A stretch of DNA of 64,000 nt, taken from Harriotta raleighana. Lineage: Eukaryota. This document shows, one piece after another, positions 35,942 to 48,659 of the stretch. The notes below the pieces were generated by a model. The model had not been told where the DNA came from. It saw only the letters and a list, made by a program, of their open reading frames with translations, and made no database searches. The stretch spans positions 310,001-374,000 of the forward strand of contig JBNZDD010013499.1 of assembly GCA_050575255.1 (NCBI GenBank), in the 5' to 3' direction. The translations under genes were made by a program, and so were the position numbers. How positions within the stretch are numbered: the stretch's first letter is position 1; the number at the start of each line of letters is the position of its first letter.

Positions 35942-38239
35942 CTGAAACCATATAAATATAAATTCCATATTGGGTCACGAATATCACTAAAAATTGGTTT
36001 CAGAAATCAACACTATGATCACCTAAGCGTTGTTCATTTCTGTTCTAACTGCTGCAACTGATATATTTTAAAAAGCACAAGAGTATAAAAATTCCATTAC
36101 TCTTACATAAATAACAAGTTAACTTGTGAAAATCCAATTTCCATTCAGTTACTCAGAGGAACTAAAAATCATTAACCCACATTTCAAGGTCTTTCTAGAG
36201 ATTTCCTATTCATTACATACTTTCCTAAACCTGGGAGTTGCAGACAATTAATTTGAAGTAATTTTATTTAGAAACTCAGATAAAACAGGGTCACGGTCAT
36301 CCAGATATTAACCCCAGCAGTGTCCCAGAAACAATCGTGGATTGACAATGACCAATATTATTATTGTGTTTTTTGGGGGGACGGATTATTATTAGGTACG
36401 TGGAGTAAGGAAACTTGCCCAAATTTCCTGATCTGCCTGGATTCGAACACAGGTCTCATGCTTGTAAGGCAAGTGCTCTAACCACTGAGCTACAGGAACT
36501 CCATAGGCAAAAGGCAGCTGCTGAAACCTCAGCTATTGCTAATCCATTGATCAACTATCACACAATAAAACTAGGGTTCAATTCAATGTTATGACAACAG
36601 GCAAGGAGCAAATAATCTAATCTATCAGTCAACCACCGGCAAGAGATACAACTCATTAATCTTTAACCCCCTTCCATTTTTGAGTAGTTTGAGACTACTG
36701 AATATATTCATTACAAGTATCAGTAAACAAATAATCTGTTCATTATTTTCTGATTAGGACTTGTAACGTCTAATCCATTACAAACCGAAACAAATCAAAT
36801 TATGACTTTTAGAAGTTTTGCTACAACTGTTCCAAGATCACAATGTCAGGTTGCAAAGTATTTCATACTGTATTTGGGATTTGATTACCTAAGTGACAGT
36901 GAGTGAAAAGGCCTGTATATACATAATTGTTATATTACATAACATTGTTTTCCAAACCCAATCTTACATGATCTGGGGAAACTAATAACTGAAATATTGT
37001 TTCCAATTTGCTGTTCCTCCTATATATTGTTTTTTTCCACCTGCTGCTCAACACTAAACATCAAGCTTATGAGATGCTTTAAAATTTCCAGTTCTGTTTG
37101 CATATTTTTAAAAAATACTGGACCACTTGTATAAATAGGGGAAACTGCAAAGGCTTTAAAAATTAACAGCTCTAAGTTTCTGGTATGCAGGAGTACAATC
37201 TCATGACTGGGACTGAAGCATGACCTCTAAAGTTTTTTTAATATTAAATATTACATTTTAATACCTCAAAGTATTTTACTTATGATTATTATGGAGTAAC
37301 AAAGATTGCGCATGACACCAGCAGGCAATAATCAGAAAGGCTTTATAAACACCCTTTTCCCCCTCATGCACTCTTTTCTCCTGTAAGTCGTAGTACATAT
37401 TAGGATTCACATGATTTCTAAAATCATACCAATTTTACCACTTGCTTGCCTTTTTCCCCAAGTGCATAGTGCTTGTCAGGCTGTGTACAATGTGCACTTT
37501 CACAAACGTACAATCAATGAAACAGTGGCTAATAGATTACAATTCCACTTTATTCAATGGCAACACTGAACAAGACGCGCAGTTCAGGAAGTTGCACGTT
37601 TGATCCCTGGCTTATGTTGAGCAAATTTGTGCCAAGGCAACAATGAGGGCACTACGATGGCTTCAAATGCCTCTGGGTAGGAAAAAATAAAACTAATCAA
37701 CTAATATTTCCCACACTTGTGCACTTTTGATTTTCATGTTTTGTCCATAAACAGGCAGCATAGAATAGGATTGGGTTTGGCTGTAATGTCCTCCAGACAT
37801 TCAAAATCAAAAAAACTCTTCAAGAGTGCCCACTTGTGGCTTGCAAGCAATGTGTTCAATGGTTGTTTAACTCCACCTCTATTAAAGATTTACCATAATC
37901 CCAATTCATGGCAGAATTTGCAGACCACCAAGAATATTGTATCAGTAATCAAATAGAATATCACCTCAGTACATGTTCCAACTAAACAGGAGACAAAACA
38001 AAACCACACCGAACTTCCAAAGCAATATCATGCATTTCTTCAAAGTGCAACAAATACACTGAATTTCAGAATAAAAGGAGTAATGAAATACAAAATATGG
38101 TTAATTTGGTGAAACTTTAGCAAGACACAATACTATACTCTTTAGAAACTGTACCACAGGTGCAATAAGTGTGGCACTGAAGCAGATGATTTCCGTTGCC
38201 AGCTCTAAAGTCAGAACCACCCCCCAAAAACATCTTGCA

Positions 38240-39200
38240 CGTGGGAGTGCCCTCCACGCAGTGTCTCAAGATTGCTTCACAGTGACAGAGCCTGAATCCG
38301 AGCTGAGGGGGAAACAAGATGGCTGGACAGGAAGGTTTCCAGGCTGGACTTCAAAAAGGGAAGGGAGGGGGCAAGTCTGAGGGATTCAGGGAGAGTATTC
38401 CACAATTTTGGTACATAGTGGTTGAAAGCTCGATCGCCAATGGTGGGGTGGAAGGTGTGAGGGACAAACAGGAGGCCAGTGCCAGTTAAGCAGAGGCACT
38501 AAGGGAGGTGCCAGAAAGTGAAGAGATTTGAATACGATTGTGAGGATCTTGAAGTCGATCCATTTGGTGATGGAGAGCGAGTGGAGCCTGTCCAGAATTG
38601 ATGAGATGTGGGTATAGAGTTTGATTAGGGTAAGTATGTGGGTGGCAGAGTTCTGAGTGAGCTGGATCTTTTAATAGTGAAGCTGGGGAGACTGACGAGG
38701 AGTGAGTTTGAGTAATCCAGATGGGAGGTGTCAAAACAAATGTACAACGGTTTCGGCTATAATTAGGGTAAGGTACAGTCAGAGGCAGCCAATGTAGCAG
38801 AGGTGGAAGAGGGCAGTCTTGATCCCTGAGTGTGAATGTGAGGGAGGTTAAGGAATTCAGATCCGCAGGAGTGAAGACGTTGATGGGAGCCAAGGAACAG
38901 CTTCCGTCTTTTCCTCACTCAGCTGCTGGAGCTTTGCATTCATCCAGGCCCTGATGTCTGGCAGACAAGTTGAACATCAGCGAACCTGGAGTTGGTACTA
39001 TAGATGACAAAGTAAATTTTGGTGTCATCCGCATACATGTACATGTAGAAGTTTACTTCATGTCTGCAGATGACATTGCCAAGAGGGAGCATATAGATAA
39101 GGAAAAGTGGGCCAAGGATGTAACCCGAGGGTACCCCGCAGATAATCAGACGGGGACAGGAGAAATCATTAGCCATGGTGAAATGGAGATGGTTGGTTAA
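38240..39200 (-). mobile_element. L2-clade LINE RT fragment
   Basis: minus-strand peptide CGVPSGYILGPLFLIYMLPLGNVICRHEVNFYMYMYADDTKIY (GVPQG and YADD reverse-transcriptase motifs), frameshifted. Confidence 0.85.
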
Positions 39201-40384
39201 GTAAGATAAAGACAAAAAGTAACCCTAATGACAGAAACTTTGTTGTTCAAGACAAATTATCTGACATTAAAACAAACACATTTTGCTTTACGTAACTGTA
39301 TTCAAAGCTAACTTTACATTTTGAAATGACCTGTGTAATAGACATTTATTCCACATATGGTGATACAAATGGAAATTTTATCCCAACAATGACATCATTG
39401 CATACTGGCAGAGTCCTATTTCAGCCATCCTACTGACCTTATCTTGGCTTCATACAAAATGAATGCAGCTTAACTTATCCAGTATACAGACCAAACTAAT
39501 TCCATCAAGAAGGCAGGGTATGAGACAGGGTGGATGTACACTGTATACAATAAATGCCAATCAGTCTTTCCTCACATGCATATACGCAGCTCAATCACAA
39601 CATTTCATACCATAAATTTAAGTCCAATGACAAACACAAAATTTTAGCCTGTACCATTTCCACAACTCAATGATCCAACGTCATACACAATAGGGATAAA
39701 GCACACACCAATCAGGCTCACAGAGATTTTAATGTTAATCAAATAATAAAATTGCTTGGAACATGGTACCAATTGAATACAGAAAAAAAATGCAGTTTCT
39801 CACTTCAACATTTCGGGCATGAAATTCAGACTTAAATTAGCGAATGGTCTCTTTAATAGTTAGATGGGCAAATCAGGTTACAAAAAACAAAGGAAAGAAA
39901 AAAGCACTGGGAATGGGTTGAAAAAATGGGAGGAACAGAAACTTAATTGAATACTAAAAGTTGAACCACTGCAAGAAAAACTAAACTTTGGGTAAATCCC
40001 CACAATCCAATTTGGGAAGAAAGAAGGGCAACAATAGTAAATTAAAACTGTATGTCTGATAATTTTATTCGAGTCCTTTTGCTTATTCTGAGCTGTAGGA
40101 ATAAACCTATCCATTCACTTAGGAAAGATGAGAGGACAGCTGAATCCCAGCTCTGGCAACATCTCACAGCAAGGAAGAGAATCACATTCCAAGTTGGTCG
40201 TGGTCACCGTTGTCATCAATAGTGTGGATCTATACCTGTGGTGCCTTCATACTACTGAGCTACTAAACAGGTGAAATATTTTTCCAAGCAGGTGGGACAT
40301 AGGAGAGAGAAAAAAAAACCTATTTCACAAAACAGTAGAGGTCTGTGAGCAGGTCATCTGCTTTTATCCTGGAGATTGAAGGAT

Positions 40385-40708
40385 AATAATAATCATTATA
40401 ATAAATAATTCTTGAATTTGATAGTGTTTTTCAAGTCTTCTAGCCATCTCAAAACGTTTCACAGAATATACTGTAAAGTGAATTGACTGTATTTGTGGGC
40501 GAAACGCGGCAGTCAATTGCGCACAGCAGTGTCCCACAAACAGTTGTGGATTGTAATGAGCAATTTATTACAGTTTTTTTTTGGAAGGATTATTATTAGG
40601 CGTGTGGAGTAAGGAAACTTGCCCACGGTTTCGTCCCGACCTGCCTAGATTCGAAACACAGGTCTCAAGATTGTAAGGCGAGTGCTCCAACCACAACTAT
40701 AGGACCCT
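40385..40708 (-). mobile_element. full-length tRNA-derived SINE
   Basis: reverse complement of the family sequence; further fragments at about 40910-41035 and 42065-42220. Confidence 0.85.
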
Positions 40709-42835
40709 ACATATTCCTGATAGCAAGCTTATTTCAACATTAGATCTCATACACATGAGTTATGTGGCTATTTCAGCCTTACTGAACCTTGCAAAACAAA
40801 TTTTGAAAAGCAAAATATGATCATTGGATTTACCTACCAATCTGGGATTTAATTTCTCCCCCCCTCCACCCCACTCTCTCAATTTTTCAAAGCAAACTAG
40901 CTGCCGCAATAATAAATAAATAATAATCTTTGCATTTGATATAGCGCTTTTCACGTCGTCTAGACATCTCAAAGCGCTTAACAGAATAAACTGCAAAGTG
41001 AACAGACTGTCTATTTGTGGGTGAAATACCAGCACAAAAAACACAGCAAATCTAATTTACAATAGATCCTGCAAAGCACTTTGAGACATCTCAATGACCT
41101 GATAAGGAGTTCAATCAAGTACAAGTATTTTTATTATTACTTACCTTTTCTCTGTAAAAAAAAACTATTTGAAAAGCATTGAGGTGGCAGTTTCCTCTGA
41201 TCACCCAACGGACCTAGGGCTCCATGTGAAGGCTACTATTTAAATGCAAGCTGTTGTGTATTGAATTGTCAGTCTGCATTGAGTTCAAAGGCCCAAAATA
41301 GGACTTGAACGCAAAACTTTCCAACTCAGAGACGAGTCAGACCAAATAAGCTGGCCTGACACACAAATAATCTCGAGTGGGAAAGAAAAGATAAATTATA
41401 TTGGTACCAAAGTGTCATGCAATGAAAGATTGAGTCTGGTCAATACTCTATGGCTATGTAATTAGTCCAATACTGATAAAGTGCAGGACCACAGTCCTTC
41501 AAGGCACTGTAGATGAGGAACCAGCAGCCTAGTTTATTAGCAGGACTTGAACCAGTCAGTCACTGGCAGCAAAGATTCTTTTGATCCCATAAATTCAGCA
41601 AGCCAAAATTCTAATGGCTCAGGTGAACTCAGCTGGCCACATAGCAAGAAGCTTGTGAGTGTTTGTAATGGTGAGCTGCAGGTTTAGCTCATTAAAGCTC
41701 CATCAATGCACCAATGTTAGGTAACAGCTTGGTTCAGATGATAGCATTCTCCCTTCACGATCTCTCAGAAAGTTGTGCAGAACTCAGTCCAGCCTTACAC
41801 TCCAATCAATACCTGTGCATACACAGAAGTCCCACCTGCCTGTTCAGGTGGACATTATTAAAGATTTCATTACTCCAGTCACAAAAGAGAATTTCTCCCA
41901 GTATCATGGCCAATAATTCCCAGATTATTAATCATTCACTTTATAGATTTTTGTGGGACATTTCTATGCATATGCCTTCAAAATACAGTCAATTAAGTTT
42001 ACAAGGAACCTCCCACACTTCTCAAGCACTCCAAGAAAACAATGCTGCACTGTGAGCAGTGTATAACAATAATAATCCTTGCATTTGATTGTAGCCACAT
42101 CTCAAAGCATTTCAGGTTATACTTTAAAGTGAATTGAATGTATATTTTTTTGCGTGAAACTCAGCAGCCTAGTCCACACAGCAGCGTCCCACAAACAGTC
42201 GTAGATTGAGTGACCAAATTATTTTGGTCACAGTGCAGTGTAAAGTTCACAGGCACAGAAGTCTGCAGTGACAACTTATCACTCCAAATTGCTGAGAATT
42301 ATGAACATTCACTAAACTCTGGGAAGAGCACAGCTTGAAACAAAGGTGCTTTGGAGACGCACCAGAAAAATTGTTCTTTCGCCCGAACTATCGACATAAG
42401 GTAAATGAATAGGTCCATCTGTCGAAAAAATTCACACTCCACACCAAATGGAAATTTCCACATAAATACAGAAATCTCAGTAATTGGTTTGGACACTTAA
42501 GCACAGGCTGATACACACTTCTGACAAGTATCATGATACCTAGTTACCAAAAAGAATCACATTTTTGATAGCAAAAAAGCAAGATTTTCTAACAGTATGA
42601 ACTGATCTAAAATGCACCTCGGTATCAGGTTTTGCCTTAATAAATAAGAACTAGATAAGATAACTGCTATAATGATTTACTTCATAATAAATACCAGGTT
42701 AAAAAATAATTCTCATACAGCCTGCAGTAAACTGACAGTAACATATTAGACCCATGTACGTTCCTGTACTTTGAATACCGTTGAACCAAATAAATGGGAA
42801 CACACAAAACATCAAGGGCAACCAGAACTTTATCT

Positions 42836-43143
42836 AATAACTAATAATAATCATTGCATTTGATATAAGGCTTTTCATAACCTCCAAATGCCTCAAATAG
42901 CTTCACGGAATATACTGTAAAGTGAATTGACCTGATACTTATGGGCGAAACATGACGGCCAACTGTGCACAGCAATGTCCCACAAACAGTCCAGGATCGA
43001 AGTAACCAATTTATTATTGCTTTTTTCTCCAAAAGGACTATTATCAGGCATGTCGAATAAGGAAACTTGCCCAAGGTTTCACCCTGCCTGCAATCAAATA
43101 CGGCCTCTTGCTTGCAAGGTGCTCTAACTACTGAGCTACAGGT
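42836..43143 (-). mobile_element. full-length tRNA-derived SINE
   Basis: reverse complement of the family sequence with (TAA)n tail. Confidence 0.85.
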
Positions 43144-43959
43144 CTATCTATATCAGAAGCACAAATATATTAGTTAAAGCTACAAACTGAATTTTTAGTT
43201 GTCAATTATTAGAATTTTGCACAAAATTGTTTACAAAATTATTCAGCTGTACAAATACACTATTCGCATGCAGGCAAGAATTCTGAACCCACTAAGAACA
43301 GCTTTATTCTTAGTTCCTCCTAACAAGATATTAAATCAGAAAACCAGCGTTTGAGATCACTTGCACATAACTTCAGTGATATGAGCAAAAGCAGCCAAAA
43401 GATGCAAAACGATAACACGGAAAGATAACGCAGAAGATATAATCACTTTAAAAGGCATCTTGCTCAACTAAAAATACAAAAATCACTGTTCAAGTAACTC
43501 GATCATTTATACTAACTTATTTCAAATGTTGATGAGCAAATGTAACGTTCTTAAACCCGAGATGGATGCAACAAATGTAAACTTGCAGGAAATAAGCTAG
43601 ACATTTTCAGAAGCAGCTCATAATAAATAGCTACGCCGGGAAATTCAAAGGTACATTCCGATCACATTATTTTGCCTTCTGTCCCACTAAAATAAAAAGT
43701 CCCATTATATTATTTGTCAAGTGTTCCCCTTTCCTCAAACATGTTCCGCTTGCCCCCCACCCCCACCTCCAACCCCATACACCACACAATCTGCGTCTGC
43801 CTCAGTCACGCTCTCGCAGTTACATAAGCTCATCAAAAAGCAGCAAAGCTTCAGCCAAACACAAGGATTTTTTTTTAAATGATCATAAAAACACCTTTTA
43901 AAGGCTCTCTCTGAAAATACTGTAAAGAGAATCAGCTGCCAGTGAACGGCGAACTGTGG

Positions 43960-44260
43960 CACATACATACACACACACACACAACACACACCCAGACACA
44001 CACACACACCACACAAACATAGTCAGACATTTTAATGTAAAACAAGAACCAGTTTGTGGTTTTTAAAAAGTGTGAAAGTAAGATAAAACGCAGACAGACA
44101 AGACACACACACATACAGACAGACACACACTGAATAGAGAGAAATGCTATACAGGACATTCTCCACGCACACACTGTATATAATAACGCGTGTGTGTGTG
44201 TGAGAGCAACGCAAATGTATCAACAACGTACACAAACACACACACATACATACACATGAT
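43960..44260. repeat. imperfect (CA)n/(TG)n microsatellite cluster
   Basis: directly visible; other (TA)n/(CA)n tracts at 17184-17216 and 17709-17783. Confidence 0.9.
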
Positions 44261-44549
44261 ATGAACGCCCCTGGAGTGTATGGAAGTGCTTGGTGAGACC
44301 TCACAAGGACGACGTGTTCACGTAGCAACCGCAGAAGGACTATTCTTGTTAATACCGAGTATTAAAAAAAAAATTTTTTTTTTTGGGGGGAATGGGGATG
44401 TAGGTGTTGTTTTTTTTTAAAAAAGAGCGTTTCGAGCTGGTCTGTCACACGCGGCTTTCCGTAGCCGTCACTCCGCCCCGTTACGATTCAAATCCTCGGG
44501 AGTCGTAACGGAAAACTGATACCGGGGGAGAGGGGGGGGGGGGGGCAAN

Positions 44550-44613
<64 letters not shown>

Positions 44614-44949
44614 AGCTCTCTCTCTCTCTCTCTCTCTCCCCCCTCACTCTCTCCCGAATCAGAGCCTGATAACAGGCCGTTTTAGCTCTCTCCCCACCTC
44701 CCCCCCCACCCCCTCCCGCTTCACTCCTTCACTCAGCAGCGCTGTGGTTGTCGACAAGACATGTCGACTGTCAGCCGTTTTTCCTCACATTCAAATACAC
44801 ACCCCCCCCCCCGCTCCCGCCTAAAGCACTCGACAGTTACAGGGTCTCCCAATACCCTCCTCCNTGTAGCCCTAAAGTGTCCATCCATCATAGTTGAGAG
44901 GAGTGTTTAGAACGATCAGAGCTGTCTCCCCCCCCCCCTCCCCTCCCCC

Positions 44950-45470
44950 TCNCACGAACTGCGCGGCGTCATTCAAACCGCTGGCTGCGCAGCCGGAGCC
45001 CGCCCGCCCGCCCGCTCGCCCGCTCGACCGTCCGTCCCCTCACCACCACCAAAAAAAAAAACTTTGTCCAGCCTGCGGGAGACAAGAGGGAGAGAGGAGG
45101 GAGAGAGGAGCCAGCTGGGGGGCCGGGCCTGTGTGCTGTTACCTGAGCTGGGCTGGATACGCCGCCGGGACCGGGGCCGTACCGCTCGCGCCTCACTCTC
45201 GGCCGCCATCTTGCACTGCACATCCATCGGGCGGGGGGAGGGGAGGGGAGGGGAGGGGGGAGGGGGGGGGGGGGTGGACGGGGGCGGGGCGCTCACTGAC
45301 GTCACGGCGTGACGGAGGCGGCCGCGGCTTTCTGGCGGCGTCGCTCCGCCGGGTCCTAGCGCCCGCCATTGTTCCCTCATTTCCCCTCCCCCTCCTGATC
45401 ATGATCAATCTCAGCACACAGCTCCTCTTGCCCCTCCAGCCTCACAGTCGTTCCTGAGCGGCTACGAGTG
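44950..45470 (-). promoter_or_regulatory. ATL2 CpG-island promoter with GC box, CRE and YY1 motif
   Basis: high CpG density; GGGGCGGGGC 45281-45290; palindromic TGACGTCA 45297-45304; CCGCCATCTT (YY1 consensus) overlapping the ATG; no obvious TATA box. Confidence 0.8.
45143..45209 (-). CDS. ATL2: atlastin-2 first coding exon
   Basis: AAGATGGCG strong Kozak context in a CpG island; MAAESEARAVRPRSRRRIQPSS G|gtaaca; phase 1 matches exon 2; RRR motif as in the human ATL2 N-terminus. Confidence 0.88.
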
Positions 45471-45550
45471 TTGAATTGTTCAAAAAAATATATGTATATA
45501 TATTTATATACATATATACAAAATACAGTACTTACAGATGCTGGGAATCT

Positions 45551-45726
45551 TGAGACAAACACAGAAGTGGCTGGGGTGGAACTCAGCAGGTCAGGCAGCA
45601 TCCATGGAGAAAGGAAAGTGGTTCCGACGAAGGGTCGTGGGACCCGAAACCTTGACTCGCCTTCCTTTCTCCATGGATGCTGCCCGACCTGCTGAGTTTG
45701 CCCAGCAACTTCTTGGTGTTTGTCGC
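45551..45726. repeat. long inverted repeat, Penelope-like terminal-repeat relic
   Basis: 37-bp arms 45580-45616 and 45662-45698 with one mismatch, extending imperfectly outward; loop contains CCGACGA-A-GGGTC-gtgg-GACCC-GAAAC. Confidence 0.8.
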
Positions 45727-48659
45727 ATAAAAATAATCCCTGCGTTTGATATAGGGTCCTTGTCGCATTCATCGCCAATTGCACGGAGCATTGTCCCCCC
45801 ACAAACAGCCATGGAGGCATGTGGAGTAAAGAAAACTTTCCCAATGTTTCGCCCTCCTGGGAATCAAACCCTGGTCTCTTCACTTGCGAGGCAAGTGGTC
45901 TAACCACTGAGCTATATGACTCTACAATCGCTGAACTACAGCTACCACTCTGTCCAATATAATACTAATCTTTACATTGATGTAGCACCTGTCACATCAG
46001 GATTTCTGAAAGTACTTCGCAAGATACAGAAAAAGTGTGTTTCAGGATTATTATCATCTCTCACTGAGTGTGCTGCTAGCAATGTACTAATTATCTATTG
46101 TCCCTCAGGTCTGAGCTACGAAATGTATAGGGCTGCCACTTGTGATGGTGTCGATTTCTGCAGTTTGGAATATTTTGCGTGCGAAGTTTGAGTAAAGGGA
46201 CTGAAGGGTGAGTGGGAGAAAGAGGGAGAGGCAGCGCAAAGTGAAGATTTTCCTCGTGGCCTTAGGCACTAAACTAAATTGTAACTAAATTAAACAAGTA
46301 AATTGAATATTTCATGTATCGAAATTCATCCCACACAAAAAAAACAGAACCAGGGTGAGAGGGGAGAACACATTAGGACCACTGTTTAATAGGAGTAAGA
46401 AAGAAGCACAGTTCTGTACACATTTAATCAAACTTTCATATAGTTATGTTCCACATACGAATGCTACATCCTCCAGCCCTCTTGGATGTTGATAATGCCT
46501 CAGTTTACGTTTCCACAGCAATGAGAAGCAAGAACAGTGAGCACAGCCAGAAAATGGACTGAAGGGGATAATACGATTTGTAAAATCTTCTGATAAAACA
46601 AATTCATTTTAGAGTTGTTAAAAATTCCAATTAATTACTTAACGGTTGCGAAAGGAATGCAGTGATTTATGAACTGTTCACTAATTATGTCGATTTCTCA
46701 ATTTACCCACCAATTTATCTTATTAAATAGCTGTAAATGTCTAGGGGACAATTACTCCATAGTTACAAAAATGTGTGTATCGCTTTCCAAGCTGTGTACT
46801 GTACAGAATATCTCAAATATGATCGCATAGTAATAGCATTGGATCGTCATCTTGGCCATTTTGTGGAGAAAACTGAAACACTTGCAAAATCAATGTTGAA
46901 GGTTTTTTTTTAAAATAACAGAACAGTCATGTTATTCATCTTGCTACTTTTCTGTTGCAATGGACATTTCTGGAACAAGAGATCCATTCAAGTTGCTCAT
47001 CCTCAATGCTCTTTATCTGAGAAAAAGTAGAGCGCGAAGGAAAGAGGAATTAGTGAGCTTTAGTCTTCGGCTGCTCTTGTATATTCTGTATTTGGAATCA
47101 TTTGGCTGAGGGCACCAGTCAAAGTTTGCAATGCTGATCACAATCCAATGACCCTTGCGTCACTAGTTTGTATATTGTGACAGTATTTGAGGTCCAGGAC
47201 GTCATTATTACTCCCCCCCTTAGAAACGTTTTGTCTCTGTGCTGTTTTGATTTGTTTGATCCTTATTTAATTTCCTGAGGCCCGCAAAGAGTCTACGTTA
47301 CAACAATACAAATGTGACGCCCTTAGAGAATAGGGCAACGTCCTATTCGAATTGGCAGAGCTCCCCACCGCCTTACTTTGCAATATGGAGCAGTCAATAG
47401 TCCTCCGTTTGCATGTGGCGAACAGGCTTTCCAAATAGAAACATTTCAATTCCGTCGAGGCAACAATTCTATGATTTCCTTTATCATTTCCTGAAGGAGA
47501 AGAAGTAAGTTTTGCTGATCCGATTTCTTACTGAGGTAACAAGATATTGGGAGATTGGAGTGAAATGTGGCTCCGTTTTCCACCAATTCAGGACTTATTC
47601 AACAATCAATCAACTATTCAGAACCCTCTTTGAAAAAGGTTACACAAGTTTCTCCATGTGTTGTAACCAACAGTCCTCTGGATTAGTTCAGTGGGATTAT
47701 TATTAGATCATTATTTCTTCCTATTTATCAGGGTATCATTGGGCACAAATCGCCCCTGTCCTCTCCCACACCGGGCTCCTCTCTGGCTCCACGGGCTCCC
47801 CATCCCTCAGAGGATCGAATTCAACTTTCAAGGCCACCCACGGCCTTGCCCCCTCCTACCTCTCTGACCTGTTGACCCCCTATCAAACTGTCCCCTCCCT
47901 CCAATATTCAGCAGGCTCCAGCCTGCTCCATGTCTCCGGTCTGACCCGCCCTATCATCAACGGCCGGGCTTTCAACATCTCTGCCCCAACACTTTGGAAC
48001 TCCATCCCACAATCGCTTTTCTTTGCTTCCTCCCTTGCCTCCTTCAATACCAGTCTCAATTCCCTCCTCTTCGACCATGCCTTCAGTCGCCATCCTTTCT
48101 CTCTGTCTTCATTCATCCCAACCTCTGCCCCCTACCCCCCCACCCCCACTGACTGTTCAACGCCTTGGGCTGTCTTCCCGATGTGAAAGACACCCTACAA
48201 ATATAATTTTATTGTTGTTGTTGTTGCCATGTTTCACCCACAAAATACACACAGTCACACCGCTTTACGGCGTATTCTGTGAAGCACTTTGAGTCGCCTT
48301 CTAGACGCCTCAAAGCACTTCACAGAATATATTGTGAAGTGAATTGACTGTATATATGTGGGTGAAATGCAGCAGCCAATTGTGCAAAGCAATTATGACA
48401 GGTTAAGTTAAGACGGGTTTTGGTGTTGGGGAGCGAGGGCCAAGGCAGAGAGACTCCAGGATCGAGTTCCAGAAAAATGGCTGGATGTATGCCCACTGAT
48501 GGTTGGAAGGCTCTGGCAGAGACCTGTTGCTTAGCGGTTAGAGCACTTGCCTCACAAATGAGAAGACCTGGGTTTGATTCCCAGGCAGTGTGGAACTTTA
48601 GTCAAGTTTTCTTACTCCATACAAGTGGGAAACCAGTTGTTAGGAGTAATTAATCCCCT

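Noticed and set aside
44894-45907. long GC-rich ORFs (187, 135 and 176 aa) at the CpG island
   Set aside because: low-complexity read-through of stop-poor GC sequence and repeats; only 45143-45209 fits ATL2 by Kozak context, donor and phase
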